From Candidatus Omnitrophota bacterium (GTDB lineage: Bacteria > Omnitrophota > Gorgyraeia > Duberdicusellales > 4484-171): a stretch of 64,000 bases of DNA. The notes under the pieces are model-generated. The model was given only the letters and a program-made list of their open reading frames with translations, ran no database searches and was not told where the DNA came from. Made by a program: the position numbers and the translations under genes. The stretch is from NCBI GenBank assembly GCA_037146775.1, contig JBAWWL010000002.1, positions 262,554 through 326,553 on the forward strand, written 5' to 3'. This document shows positions 50,131-58,785 of the stretch, in pieces; the stretch's first letter is position 1, and each line of letters begins with the position of its first letter.

Positions 50131-50850
50131 ATGAAACAAACGATACAGTCCGCGCTTATTTGGGCGATGAGCATCACCCTGACCTTTTTATTGTTTTTGG
50201 CAATGGCATTTTTTTCAATCATTCTTTATCCTTTTGACCGAAAGCGTAAAATCGCGCACGCCCAATGTTATTGGTGGTCTGATTTTCTATCGGCTTTTAA
50301 TCCTTATTGGAAGGTGACAGTGAGCGGCCTTGAAAATATCGATCATCATAAGATATACGTGGTGGTGTCAAACCATCAGAGCCTCGCTGATATTATCTTG
50401 ATGTACCAAACGAAAATGCAGTTTAAGTGGGTAGCCAAGGAGAGTCTTTTTAAAATTCCGATTTTGGGATGGAATATGATGCTGGCCAAACACATTCGGC
50501 TTAGGCGGGGAGATTTTTCCAGCATCAAGAAAACCTACCGGGAAGCCGGACAGTGGTTGCGTGACGGCATATCGGTAGTATTTTTTCCGGAAGGGACCAG
50601 AAGCAATATTGATGAGATGGGAGCTTTCCAGAATGGAGCATTCAAGCTTGCCATAAAAGAGAAAGTACCGATTTTACCTGTGATGATAGAGGGAACCAGA
50701 AACGCTATTCCCAAAGGAAGCTGGCGTTTTACTAACAAAAGTTCCTGCGCCGTAAGAGTGTTGGCCCCGATAGAAACCACTGGTTTTCTTCCCGGGGATT
50801 TTGCCCGCTTAAGGGATTTGACCAGGAATCAACTTGGGGGCATAAAATAG
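50131..50850 (+). CDS. plsC: 1-acyl-sn-glycerol-3-phosphate acyltransferase
   Basis: NHQSLAD, AKESL, FPEGTRS. Confidence 0.85.
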   Translation: MKQTIQSALIWAMSITLTFLLFLAMAFFSIILYPFDRKRKIAHAQCYWWSDFLSAFNPYWKVTVSGLENIDHHKIYVVVSNHQSLADIILMYQTKMQFKWVAKESLFKIPILGWNMMLAKHIRLRRGDFSSIKKTYREAGQWLRDGISVVFFPEGTRSNIDEMGAFQNGAFKLAIKEKVPILPVMIEGTRNAIPKGSWRFTNKSSCAVRVLAPIETTGFLPGDFARLRDLTRNQLGGIK

Positions 50851-51116
50851 TACATAGTACAAATAAACTCTAAACTCTAAATCCTAAATAAACTCAAAAC
50901 GAAAAACTCAAAATTATAAATAATACTGTTTTGAGTTTGGAATATTTGGGTTTAGGATTTGTTTAGGGTTTAGGATCTCGGGTTTAGAGTTTGTCATAAA
51001 ACGTTGCCGATAGACGTAACCGTTTTCCGAGCCCCAACTATCTACTATGTACTACATACTCAATACTACATACTTTCTCCATATACTCAATACTCACGGC
51101 TATATACGACATACTA
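50848..51116. repeat. Composite spacer: A, self-complementary B, F, A reverse; inverted copy of 57483-57790
   Basis: TTTGTCATAAAACGTTGCCGATAGACGTAACCG is the reverse complement of 57613-57645; TACTCAATACTACATACTTTCTCCATATACTCAATACTCACG is the reverse complement of 57494-57535. Confidence 0.85.
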
Positions 51117-51121
51117 TTCCA

Positions 51122-51149
51122 TTGACAGATTTAAAATAGGGTGTATAAT
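51122..51149 (+). promoter_or_regulatory. Consensus sigma70 promoter for csp, followed by ~190-nt 5' leader
   Basis: TTGACA, 16 nt, TATAAT; long leaders are typical of cspA-family mRNAs. Confidence 0.7.
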
Positions 51150-51342
51150 GACGCCAATACGTTAAGGGAGTTAACTTAAGCCGCAAGGTAAAAGAAGAAC
51201 TTACCGAGCGGTTTTTTCCTTTTTATGGGCTGTATTGTTAACAAAAGGAGGGTGATAGCCAAGAAAAAAAGAGTTTTGTAGGGTAAAAGTAGTAGTTTAG
51301 TAGTTTGTAGTCGGGCTTAAATGCCCCTAAAGGAGATTTGAC

Positions 51343-51546
51343 ATGCATACAGGAAAAATTAAAAAGTTAGTAAGAGAAAGAGGTTTTGGATTTATTAGCG
51401 ATACAGACGGTAGTGAAGTGTTTTTCCACCAGAGCAGCCTTGCTGATGTACAGTTTGGCTCTTTACAGGAAGACCAACAGGTTACTTTTGAAGTCGAGAA
51501 ATCGCCTAAAGGCCCTCGCGCTATCAATGTAAGTCTCGCGAAATAA
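51343..51546 (+). CDS. Cold-shock domain protein
   Basis: RGFGFI (RNP1), VFFH (RNP2), KGPRA.NV; AGGAG RBS. Confidence 0.93.
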   Translation: MHTGKIKKLVRERGFGFISDTDGSEVFFHQSSLADVQFGSLQEDQQVTFEVEKSPKGPRAINVSLAK

Positions 51547-51624
51547 CGTTGCACCCCTTTTGTAGGGAAAGTAAAGGGTGGTACGTAGCTGCAGAAAATC
51601 TTGCCTGTCTAAGACAAAAATACG

Positions 51625-53067
51625 ATGACATATAAACATGCTCTGTTTTTGAACCCGTATTTTGCTAAGTCTGCTACCAGCGCAATGAAGTTTTTTCCAC
51701 CCACCGGCCTTGAGTACGTAGCTACTAGCGCCAAAGAGTATGCGGATAAAGTAACGCTGCTCGATTTGCGCTATGAAAAAGAATTTTCCAAGGCCGACGT
51801 CCTTTTAGATTTTATAAAACATCAGATAGATATCGTCTGTGTTGGCATCGGATGGGATCGCCAGCTGGATGAAATCTGTAGTTTTTTAAACCGTGTACCC
51901 GAGGGTATACCTTTGGTTGTCGGCGGTTATACGGCAACAGAAAAAGTCGAAGAACTTTTTAAGGCTGCTCCGCGCATTAATATCATTGTCCGCGGAGAGG
52001 GCGAAGAGACAATCCGCGACATACTCAAAGGATATCCCCTTAAAGACATTTTAGGCATTTCGTACCGGGCCAACGGCAACATAGTTCATAACAAGAACCG
52101 GCCCCTGCCTGATGTGGATGAGCTTACTTATCCGGATCGTTCTTTGCGTAATAATAAATACCGTATGACCTTAAATGGCGTTAATATCGCTAATTTAAGT
52201 TTTGATACGGTTTTAAGCGCCCGGGGTTGTCCGTATAATTGCAAGTTTTGTACTTTTAGCGTCAATCCCTTAGGCCAGAAAAGGACCTATTCGGCCCGGA
52301 GCGCGGTTTCTGTTGCGGATGAAATCGCCGGAATAGACGCCAATATAATTCTTTTTAGCGACGAGAATTTTGCGGTTGACCCAAAAAGAGCGGAAGAGAT
52401 CTGTGATTTAATTATTGAGCGTAAATTGAAAAAACGTTTCGCGGCGCAGGTGCGCTTGGATATCGCCAAGTACCCGGTGTTACTTGGAAAAATGGTTAAA
52501 GCCGGGTTTAAGGCGCTGCTTATTGGAATAGAGTCTCCGCATGACTGGATACTTACGCAATTGAACAAAGGTTTTGATTCGCAGACAGTGAGAAAATCTT
52601 TCGCGATACTCACAAAGTACCCGATGTTTTATCACGGCTATTTTATCTATGGCAATATAGGAGAAACCGAGCAAGAAATGTTGTATATTCCCGAGTTCGC
52701 AAAAGAGATAGGAGTCGATTCTATTACCTGTTTGAAGTTAAGGATAGAGAAGTTTTCTCCGCTTCGGGAGCTCGCCCTGCGTACTCCCGGTTACCATGTT
52801 ACGGAGAGAGGAGAGCTTTATTCCGACACTTATGGATACCCTGCTTTAAAAAAGATAGGCAGAAAAATAAAATTTTCTTTTTATACTCCGCAGCGTTTTA
52901 TGAAGTTACTTTCCAAAACTGTTACCATACATTTTTTTAGCCTTAAGGAAGTAGCGCTTTTTCTGTGCGGAGTTCCGTTGATACTTAAGAATGTTATTGT
53001 CAGAGATATACAAAGAGGCCGCCTTAAAGATTCTTTAGCCCGCATTTTTGTCAACAGTAAGCGATAG
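51625..53067 (+). CDS. B12-binding radical SAM protein
   Basis: PPTGLEY, VRGEGE, ARGCPYNCKFC, GIES. Confidence 0.85.
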   Translation: MTYKHALFLNPYFAKSATSAMKFFPPTGLEYVATSAKEYADKVTLLDLRYEKEFSKADVLLDFIKHQIDIVCVGIGWDRQLDEICSFLNRVPEGIPLVVGGYTATEKVEELFKAAPRINIIVRGEGEETIRDILKGYPLKDILGISYRANGNIVHNKNRPLPDVDELTYPDRSLRNNKYRMTLNGVNIANLSFDTVLSARGCPYNCKFCTFSVNPLGQKRTYSARSAVSVADEIAGIDANIILFSDENFAVDPKRAEEICDLIIERKLKKRFAAQVRLDIAKYPVLLGKMVKAGFKALLIGIESPHDWILTQLNKGFDSQTVRKSFAILTKYPMFYHGYFIYGNIGETEQEMLYIPEFAKEIGVDSITCLKLRIEKFSPLRELALRTPGYHVTERGELYSDTYGYPALKKIGRKIKFSFYTPQRFMKLLSKTVTIHFFSLKEVALFLCGVPLILKNVIVRDIQRGRLKDSLARIFVNSKR

Positions 53068-53145
53068 CTTTTGTTTCTTACCTCGACGAGCTATGAATTG
53101 TTATCTCTGCCGCATTCGTTATAATGAAAATAATTTTATATTAGT

Positions 53146-54141
53146 ATGACTCGAATTGAGATGAAAACATTATTGCTCGATGGCGCGTCTATCAAGAAGT
53201 TTTTTAAGATGAAAGACGCCATACGCGCGGTGGAGTTTGCTTTTAAGGAGTACGGTTACGGCCGTACTCAGATGCCGTCAAAAATTTACCTCCATCTTGA
53301 CAAATACGGGGGTGATTTCCGGGCCATGCCAGGGTATATCGAGCGCTTGAGGGCATGTGTGGTGAAATGGGTGAATGTGCATCCCGCAAATAAACGTAAA
53401 GGCCTTCCTACGGTGATGGCAGTAATGGTGTTAAGCGATCCTTCGTGTGGATTGCCGCTTTGTATTATGGATGGAACCTATGCGACGAGTTTACGTACCG
53501 GCGCTGCCGGGGCAGTGGCGGCTAAATACTTAGCCCGTAAGAACTCTCGAATTCTTGCGTTGGTTGGCTGTGGTATACAGGCAAGAGCCCAACTTTTGGC
53601 GCTACGGGAAATTTTCAAAATACAGGAAGTACGATTGTGGGATAAGGACAAAAATGCCTGCAGCCGTCTTAAGATCGAGTTGCGTCAGAGCAATGAAATA
53701 TATGTGATTATCTCAAGTCCCGAAGAATGCGTGCAGGGTGCGGATATTATTGTGACTACTACCCCTTCGCGTAAGCCTTTTTTAAAATATGCCTGGCTTA
53801 AACAAGGCGCGCACATCAATGCGATTGGTGCTGACGCTAAGGGCAAGGAAGAGCTTCAGCCGCAGATTTTAAAGAAAGCAAAGGTTGTGGTGGATTCTTG
53901 GGAACAAGCCTGTCATAGCGGCGAAATAAACGTACCTTTTAGGCGGGGGGCAATTTCTCGTAAAAACATCTATGCCGATATCGGAGAGATTGTAACCGGA
54001 AAAAAGAAGAGTAGAATAAATCAGAAGGAAATAACCGTTTTTGATTCAACCGGTTTAGCTATCCAGGATGTCGCCATTGCTGATGCGATCTACAAGCGTG
54101 CCCTTGTTGCTCATAAGGGCAGATGGATGAAGTTGATTTAA
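53146..54141 (+). CDS. ala: Alanine dehydrogenase, archaeal type (ornithine cyclodeaminase/mu-crystallin family)
   Basis: GDFRAMP, KWVNVHP.N, LPTVMA, TSLRTGAAG, GADAKGKEEL, FDSTGLAIQD. Confidence 0.75.
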   Translation: MTRIEMKTLLLDGASIKKFFKMKDAIRAVEFAFKEYGYGRTQMPSKIYLHLDKYGGDFRAMPGYIERLRACVVKWVNVHPANKRKGLPTVMAVMVLSDPSCGLPLCIMDGTYATSLRTGAAGAVAAKYLARKNSRILALVGCGIQARAQLLALREIFKIQEVRLWDKDKNACSRLKIELRQSNEIYVIISSPEECVQGADIIVTTTPSRKPFLKYAWLKQGAHINAIGADAKGKEELQPQILKKAKVVVDSWEQACHSGEINVPFRRGAISRKNIYADIGEIVTGKKKSRINQKEITVFDSTGLAIQDVAIADAIYKRALVAHKGRWMKLI

Positions 54142-54181
54142 TTAAGTTCGTAGGTTATAAGCGAAAGTACAAGGAGAGAAT

Positions 54182-54934
54182 ATGGAAGGAATTAAAGTAT
54201 TACGCAGTACGCAAATCATTATTTTGGGGATTTGTTTTGTTTTTGCTACCATCGTTTCTACAATAATTTTTTCTCAAGGGTTGTTAAAGATAAAGAAGTT
54301 TTCTTCAGAGGTAATCAAGGTGACCGGATCGGCAGAGAAAAATATAAATTCTGATTTGATAGTGTGGGTAGCGTCATTTTCGCAAAGAGCCCCTACGATG
54401 ATTGCTGCCTTTGGCGCTCTCAAGACCGATTTAAAGACCGTCAAAGATTATCTTGCTTCAAGCGGTATTAAGGATGAGGAAATTATTATTTCTCCGGTTT
54501 CAACCACTGTGTTGTATAGGAAGAACGAAAAAGGAAACGATACGAACGAGATTGAAGCGTATCTCCTGACGCAGGATGTGGAGGTCAAGTCGGTGGACGT
54601 AGTCAAGGTTACTGACATTTCCCGCCAATCTACACAACTTATTGAGCAGGGAGTGGGATTTATGTCGGTAGCGCCGCAATATTTTTATACGAAACTTGCC
54701 CAGCTTAAACTTGAGATGCTTAAGGAAGCTACCGAGAACGCAAAGTTGAGAGCGCAGCAGATGGCTCAAGCCACGGGAAACAAAATCGGCACCATGCGTT
54801 CGGCGAAGATGGGGGTGTTCCAGATCACTCCGGTTAATTCCTACGATGTTTCTGACTGGGGGATGAATGATACCACGTCCTTAGAGAAAAAAGTTAATGC
54901 GGTAGTGAACGCGGAGTTTTCGATTGTTGAGTAG
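54182..54934 (+). CDS. SIMPL (DUF541) domain protein
   Basis: N-terminal TM, VTGSAE, A.ENAK.RA, GVFQIT. Confidence 0.8.
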   Translation: MEGIKVLRSTQIIILGICFVFATIVSTIIFSQGLLKIKKFSSEVIKVTGSAEKNINSDLIVWVASFSQRAPTMIAAFGALKTDLKTVKDYLASSGIKDEEIIISPVSTTVLYRKNEKGNDTNEIEAYLLTQDVEVKSVDVVKVTDISRQSTQLIEQGVGFMSVAPQYFYTKLAQLKLEMLKEATENAKLRAQQMAQATGNKIGTMRSAKMGVFQITPVNSYDVSDWGMNDTTSLEKKVNAVVNAEFSIVE

Positions 54935-55107
54935 AGAGTAGTATATAGTATAGAGTACATAGTAGGGGGAAAAATTAACGAATTAAATAATTAAAGAATT
55001 AACGGATTAAAGAAGAAAGGGGCAGGAAGGAAAAAGAAAAGTAAAAAGTTAAAAGGCAAAAGTAAAAAAGTATAAATTAAGATAGGGAAAAATTAAAAGT
55101 AAAAAAC
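54932..55107. repeat. Composite spacer: A, C, E
   Basis: TAGAGAGTAGTATATAGTATAGAGTACATAG; ATTAACGAATTAAATAATTAAAGAATTAACGG; AAAAGTAAAAAGTTAAAAGGCAAAAGT. Confidence 0.75.
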
Positions 55108-55120
55108 AAGGAGGATTATT

Positions 55121-56380
55121 ATGGAGAGTAAAAGAGTTTCGCAAACAAGTTTCGATGGCCTTGGGATAGCGCCGAAAATCTTAGAGGTTTTGGATCATCT
55201 TAAGTTTACCGTTCCTACGCCAATCCAGCATAAGGCGATCCCGGCAGCTATCGAAGGTAAGGATATTATCGGCGTTGCTCAGACAGGTACCGGCAAAACG
55301 CTGGCTTTTGCTATTCCTGCTATTCAGCGTCTGATTCAGGGCAAGGGCTGTTGTCTTGTGTTGGTGCCTACGCGAGAGCTCGCTATACAAGTTGATAAAA
55401 CATTTCAAAAATTTTCTTTTCCGTTTAATATTAAGACCGCGGTTATTATCGGTGGAGCTTCTATGTATGCCCAGATACAGGCGATTAGGCGTAACCCCAG
55501 AGTTTTGATTGCGACCCCGGGGCGGTTGATTGATCATATTGGCCAGCGCACAGTGTCTTTGCATGACGTAAGTGTTTTGGTGCTTGATGAAGCGGACCGA
55601 ATGCTGGACATGGGGTTCTTGCCGCAAATTGAGGAAATCTTGCGTTTGGTTCCTAAAAATAGGCAGACTATGCTTTTCTCGGCAACCATACCTAGCGATG
55701 TTATCAAAATAGCTACCGGTCAGATGAGGCTTCCTATCTATGTAGAGATCGCGCCCTCCGGCACTATGGCAGATAATATTACCCAGGAATTGTTTATTGT
55801 TAAAAGAGACGCAAAAAGGCAGTTGCTTGAAAAATTACTGGGCCAATATCACGGCTCGGTTTTGCTTTTTGTTCAAACTAAAATCGGCGCGCGTAAGATT
55901 ACGCAATTCTTGCGTGAAAAAAATCACCATGCCGCAGAAATTCATTCCGATAGGTCACTTTTTCAGCGTCGTGAGGCGTTGGAAGGTTTTAAGTCGGGCA
56001 AGTACCGGATACTGGTAGCTACCGATATTGCCGCGCGTGGAATCGATGTTATCGGCATAGAGATTGTCATGAACTATGATATTCCGCAAGACGCAAATAA
56101 CTACGTGCATCGGATTGGCCGCACCGGAAGAGCCGGGCATGAAGGCCGGGCAATTTCATTTGCGACACCTGACCAGGGGATGGATGTGCGCGATATCGAA
56201 AAACTTGTCAAGACAACCTTGCCTGTCCGTCAGCATCCGGATTTTCCTAGTGAAAGCTTCTCTTCTCATTCGGCACATTCAGGAGACAGGCGTTCCGGTT
56301 CGGGTCGATATGGCCGTAAAGCGTGGCGTTATTCAAACAGCAGCCGTCGTTCGGGCTCATCGTTTCGGGGGAGCCGTTAA
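55121..56380 (+). CDS. DEAD-box RNA helicase (RhlE-like)
   Basis: TPIQ, AQTGTGKT, PTRELA, LDEAD, SAT, ARGID, HRIGRTGR; RS-rich tail. Confidence 0.93.
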   Translation: MESKRVSQTSFDGLGIAPKILEVLDHLKFTVPTPIQHKAIPAAIEGKDIIGVAQTGTGKTLAFAIPAIQRLIQGKGCCLVLVPTRELAIQVDKTFQKFSFPFNIKTAVIIGGASMYAQIQAIRRNPRVLIATPGRLIDHIGQRTVSLHDVSVLVLDEADRMLDMGFLPQIEEILRLVPKNRQTMLFSATIPSDVIKIATGQMRLPIYVEIAPSGTMADNITQELFIVKRDAKRQLLEKLLGQYHGSVLLFVQTKIGARKITQFLREKNHHAAEIHSDRSLFQRREALEGFKSGKYRILVATDIAARGIDVIGIEIVMNYDIPQDANNYVHRIGRTGRAGHEGRAISFATPDQGMDVRDIEKLVKTTLPVRQHPDFPSESFSSHSAHSGDRRSGSGRYGRKAWRYSNSSRRSGSSFRGSR

Positions 56381-56382
56381 GG

Positions 56383-56680
56383 ATAGTACAGAGTACAGCG
56401 TACATAGTACATCGTGGGGCGTGGGGCAAGATTCGTTAAGCGGTTACTCGCCTCAGCTTTTGCTTCAGCGAAGTGGGCGAAACTCGTTTCGGTTACGTCT
56501 AACGGCTTATGATAAACTCTAAATCCGAAACCCTAAACTCTAAACAAATCCTAAACCCAAATATTCCAAACTCAAAACAGTATCGTTTTGAGTTTTGAGT
56601 TTTTCGTTTTGAGTTTATTTAGGGTTTCAAGTTTAGTGTTTAGAGTTTATTTGTATTGTATAAGACATACTGTATATAGC
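56383..56680. repeat. Composite spacer: A, F with GC hairpin, B hairpin, A reverse; direct copy of 57550-57785
   Basis: GGGCAAGATTCGTTAAGCGGTTACTCGCCTC..GCGAAGTGGGCGAAACTCGTTTCGGTTACGTCTA shared with the 57550 copy. Confidence 0.85.
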
Positions 56681-56681
56681 A

Positions 56682-57485
56682 ATGTCACTATACTTCAAAA
56701 CAAAAATCATTCTTCTAAAATTCTTAAATAGGAAAGTTCTTTCCTTAAAATTTCTGCAAAAAATAACGAATCCTTTAAAATTACATATCCAGGGCTATAC
56801 CATGGAAGATCTGATAAAGAAATACGCGCCCGGAAAATCATTCGTTGATATCGGATCGTTATGGGCCATAAACGGGTATTTTTCTTTTCTTGCAGAAAGT
56901 TGCGGCGCGCGACGTGTGATTGCAGTAGATATCTTAACTGAAACTGAAGAATTCAGGCAGGCAAAACGACAAAAAAATTCCAAGGTTGAATTTATCTGTG
57001 GCGATATCCATCTTCCGGAGACAACTCAAAAAATCGGCACCTGCGATGTGGTGTTTTGCTCCGGCGTCCTTTACCACAGCCCAAACCCGCTACATCTAAT
57101 AATGATGCTACGCTCAATATGTCGAGAAACGCTGATATTAAAAACCCAACTGATTCCCGAAGTGCCGGGAATAAAAAACGCTGCGGTTTTCTATCCTTTT
57201 CTCGATAAAAAACAAAGAAAGCTTTACGATAGGGGGGCAGGTATCCAGAAAGCTATCACCGAAGACTACGATCCTAAAAGCGGATATGGAAATTGGTTTT
57301 GGGGGCCTTCCCCAAGTTGCGTGAAGTCAATGCTTGAGTGTGCGGGCTTTACGATTGAAAAAAGCTATCTCAACCCTTTTCACGGCTGTTTTATTTGCAA
57401 AACCGCTCCTGTTAAGTTTATGCCGGTATCTGGAGAGCTTGCGCCGGACTATAACCAACCAAAGCCTTACAAACACAGTCAATAG
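56682..57485 (+). CDS. Class I methyltransferase (CmoB/DUF1698-like)
   Basis: FVDIGS..GYFSF.A..GA.RV.AVD, GVLYHSPNP, NWFW, AGF. Confidence 0.75.
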   Translation: MSLYFKTKIILLKFLNRKVLSLKFLQKITNPLKLHIQGYTMEDLIKKYAPGKSFVDIGSLWAINGYFSFLAESCGARRVIAVDILTETEEFRQAKRQKNSKVEFICGDIHLPETTQKIGTCDVVFCSGVLYHSPNPLHLIMMLRSICRETLILKTQLIPEVPGIKNAAVFYPFLDKKQRKLYDRGAGIQKAITEDYDPKSGYGNWFWGPSPSCVKSMLECAGFTIEKSYLNPFHGCFICKTAPVKFMPVSGELAPDYNQPKPYKHSQ

Positions 57486-57813
57486 TATATAGTCGTGAGT
57501 ATTGAGTATATGGAGAAAGTATGTAGTATTGAGTATATAGTACATAGTAGGGCAAGATTCGTTAAGCGGTTACTCGCCTCGATTCGCTCGGCGAAGTGGG
57601 CGAAACTCGTTTCGGTTACGTCTATCGGCAACGTTTTATGACAAACTCTAAACCCGAAATCCTAAACCCTAAACAAACTATAAATCACAATTCTTCAAAC
57701 TCAAAACGGTATAGTTTGTGATTTTGAGCTTTTCGTTTTGAGTTTATTTAGGATTTAGAGTTTAGTGTTTAGGGTTTATTTATACTATATACAATATACG
57801 ACATACCACATAC
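57483..57813. repeat. Composite spacer: A, F with GC hairpin, B hairpin, A reverse
   Basis: TAGTATATAGTCGTGAGTATTGAGTATATGGAGAAAGTA (also from 62803); closes with TATACTATATACAATATACGACATAC. Confidence 0.85.
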
Positions 57814-57841
57814 TTTTTTAAGTTTTACTCACATAAAATCC

Positions 57842-57870
57842 TTGCTATGGAATAATTAAAAAACTATAAT
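57842..57870 (+). promoter_or_regulatory. Putative sigma70 promoter for suhB
   Basis: TTGCTA, 17 nt, TATAAT. Confidence 0.55.
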
Positions 57871-57957
57871 ACCATAAATAAGCCTAGGGCCACATACGCT
57901 GTCCGGAAAAAAAATCTATAAAAGCTGAAGGTAATATTGAGTTTATTGGGAGGCTAG

Positions 57958-58764
57958 ATGAACTATTTACAAGGGGCGATCGCTGCGGCAAAAAGAGCCG
58001 GGAAGATCCATAAGAAATATTTTCGTAAAGGCGTTGCCGTAAAAACAAAATCTTCTTCTTACGATTTGGTAACGACAGCCGATACAGAGGCCGAAATAGA
58101 GGTTGTTTCTTTCCTGAAGAAACATTGGCCGGATCACAATTTTATCTGCGAGGAACATCTGTACCAGGAAACCCCCTCCGAATACATCTGGATCATTGAC
58201 CCGCTTGATGGGACTAATAATTTTGCCTGCGGTATTGCCCTATTTTCCGTTTCTATTGCGCTTAAATACCGTAATGAGCTTCTTTTGGGCGTTGTCTACG
58301 ACACTATTAATAATGAGCTTTTTTATGCCCAAAAAAACAAAGGAGCATTCTTGAATAACAAGCGTATCCGTGTGAATGATGTATCTCACCTGAAACAGGC
58401 TATGTTGATTACCGGATTCTATTACGATAGAGGAAGAGAGATGATAAAAACTCTTGTGGCGGTCAAGCGGTTTCTTTCTTTGCATGTGCTTGGGATACGC
58501 CGTTTTGGTTCGGCGGCGCTTGATCTCTGTTATGTTGCCTGTGGCCGCGCCGCGGGATTCTGGGAATTCGAGCTTAGTCCGTGGGATTTCGCTGCGGGAA
58601 AGTTATTGGTTGAAGAAGCCGGCGGCAAAGTCACCGACAACAAGGGCAAAGTCGTTCCCTTAACTAAAAAACATTTTATTGTTGCTTCTAACGGTCAGAT
58701 TGACCGGCAGTTGCTTGAAGTTATAGAGCCGAAGCACTCTCGGATAAAAAAATCAGGAATATAA
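57958..58764 (+). CDS. suhB: Inositol monophosphatase family protein
   Basis: DLVT.AD, EE, WIIDPLDGTNNF, GSAALDL, WDFAAG. Confidence 0.88.
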   Translation: MNYLQGAIAAAKRAGKIHKKYFRKGVAVKTKSSSYDLVTTADTEAEIEVVSFLKKHWPDHNFICEEHLYQETPSEYIWIIDPLDGTNNFACGIALFSVSIALKYRNELLLGVVYDTINNELFYAQKNKGAFLNNKRIRVNDVSHLKQAMLITGFYYDRGREMIKTLVAVKRFLSLHVLGIRRFGSAALDLCYVACGRAAGFWEFELSPWDFAAGKLLVEEAGGKVTDNKGKVVPLTKKHFIVASNGQIDRQLLEVIEPKHSRIKKSGI

Positions 58765-58785
58765 GACTGTGGAGTTTCGGGAATA

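Noticed and set aside
50941-50993. TTTAGGG/CCCTAAA units resembling plant telomere repeats (also 56.5 and 57.7 kb)
   Set aside because: Degenerate, few perfect units, arranged as inverted arms in bacterial intergenic DNA; treated as module B, not eukaryotic contamination
51552-51581. Possible terminator after csp (CACCCCTTT..AAAGGGTG)
   Set aside because: Imperfect stem with a long loop and no U tract
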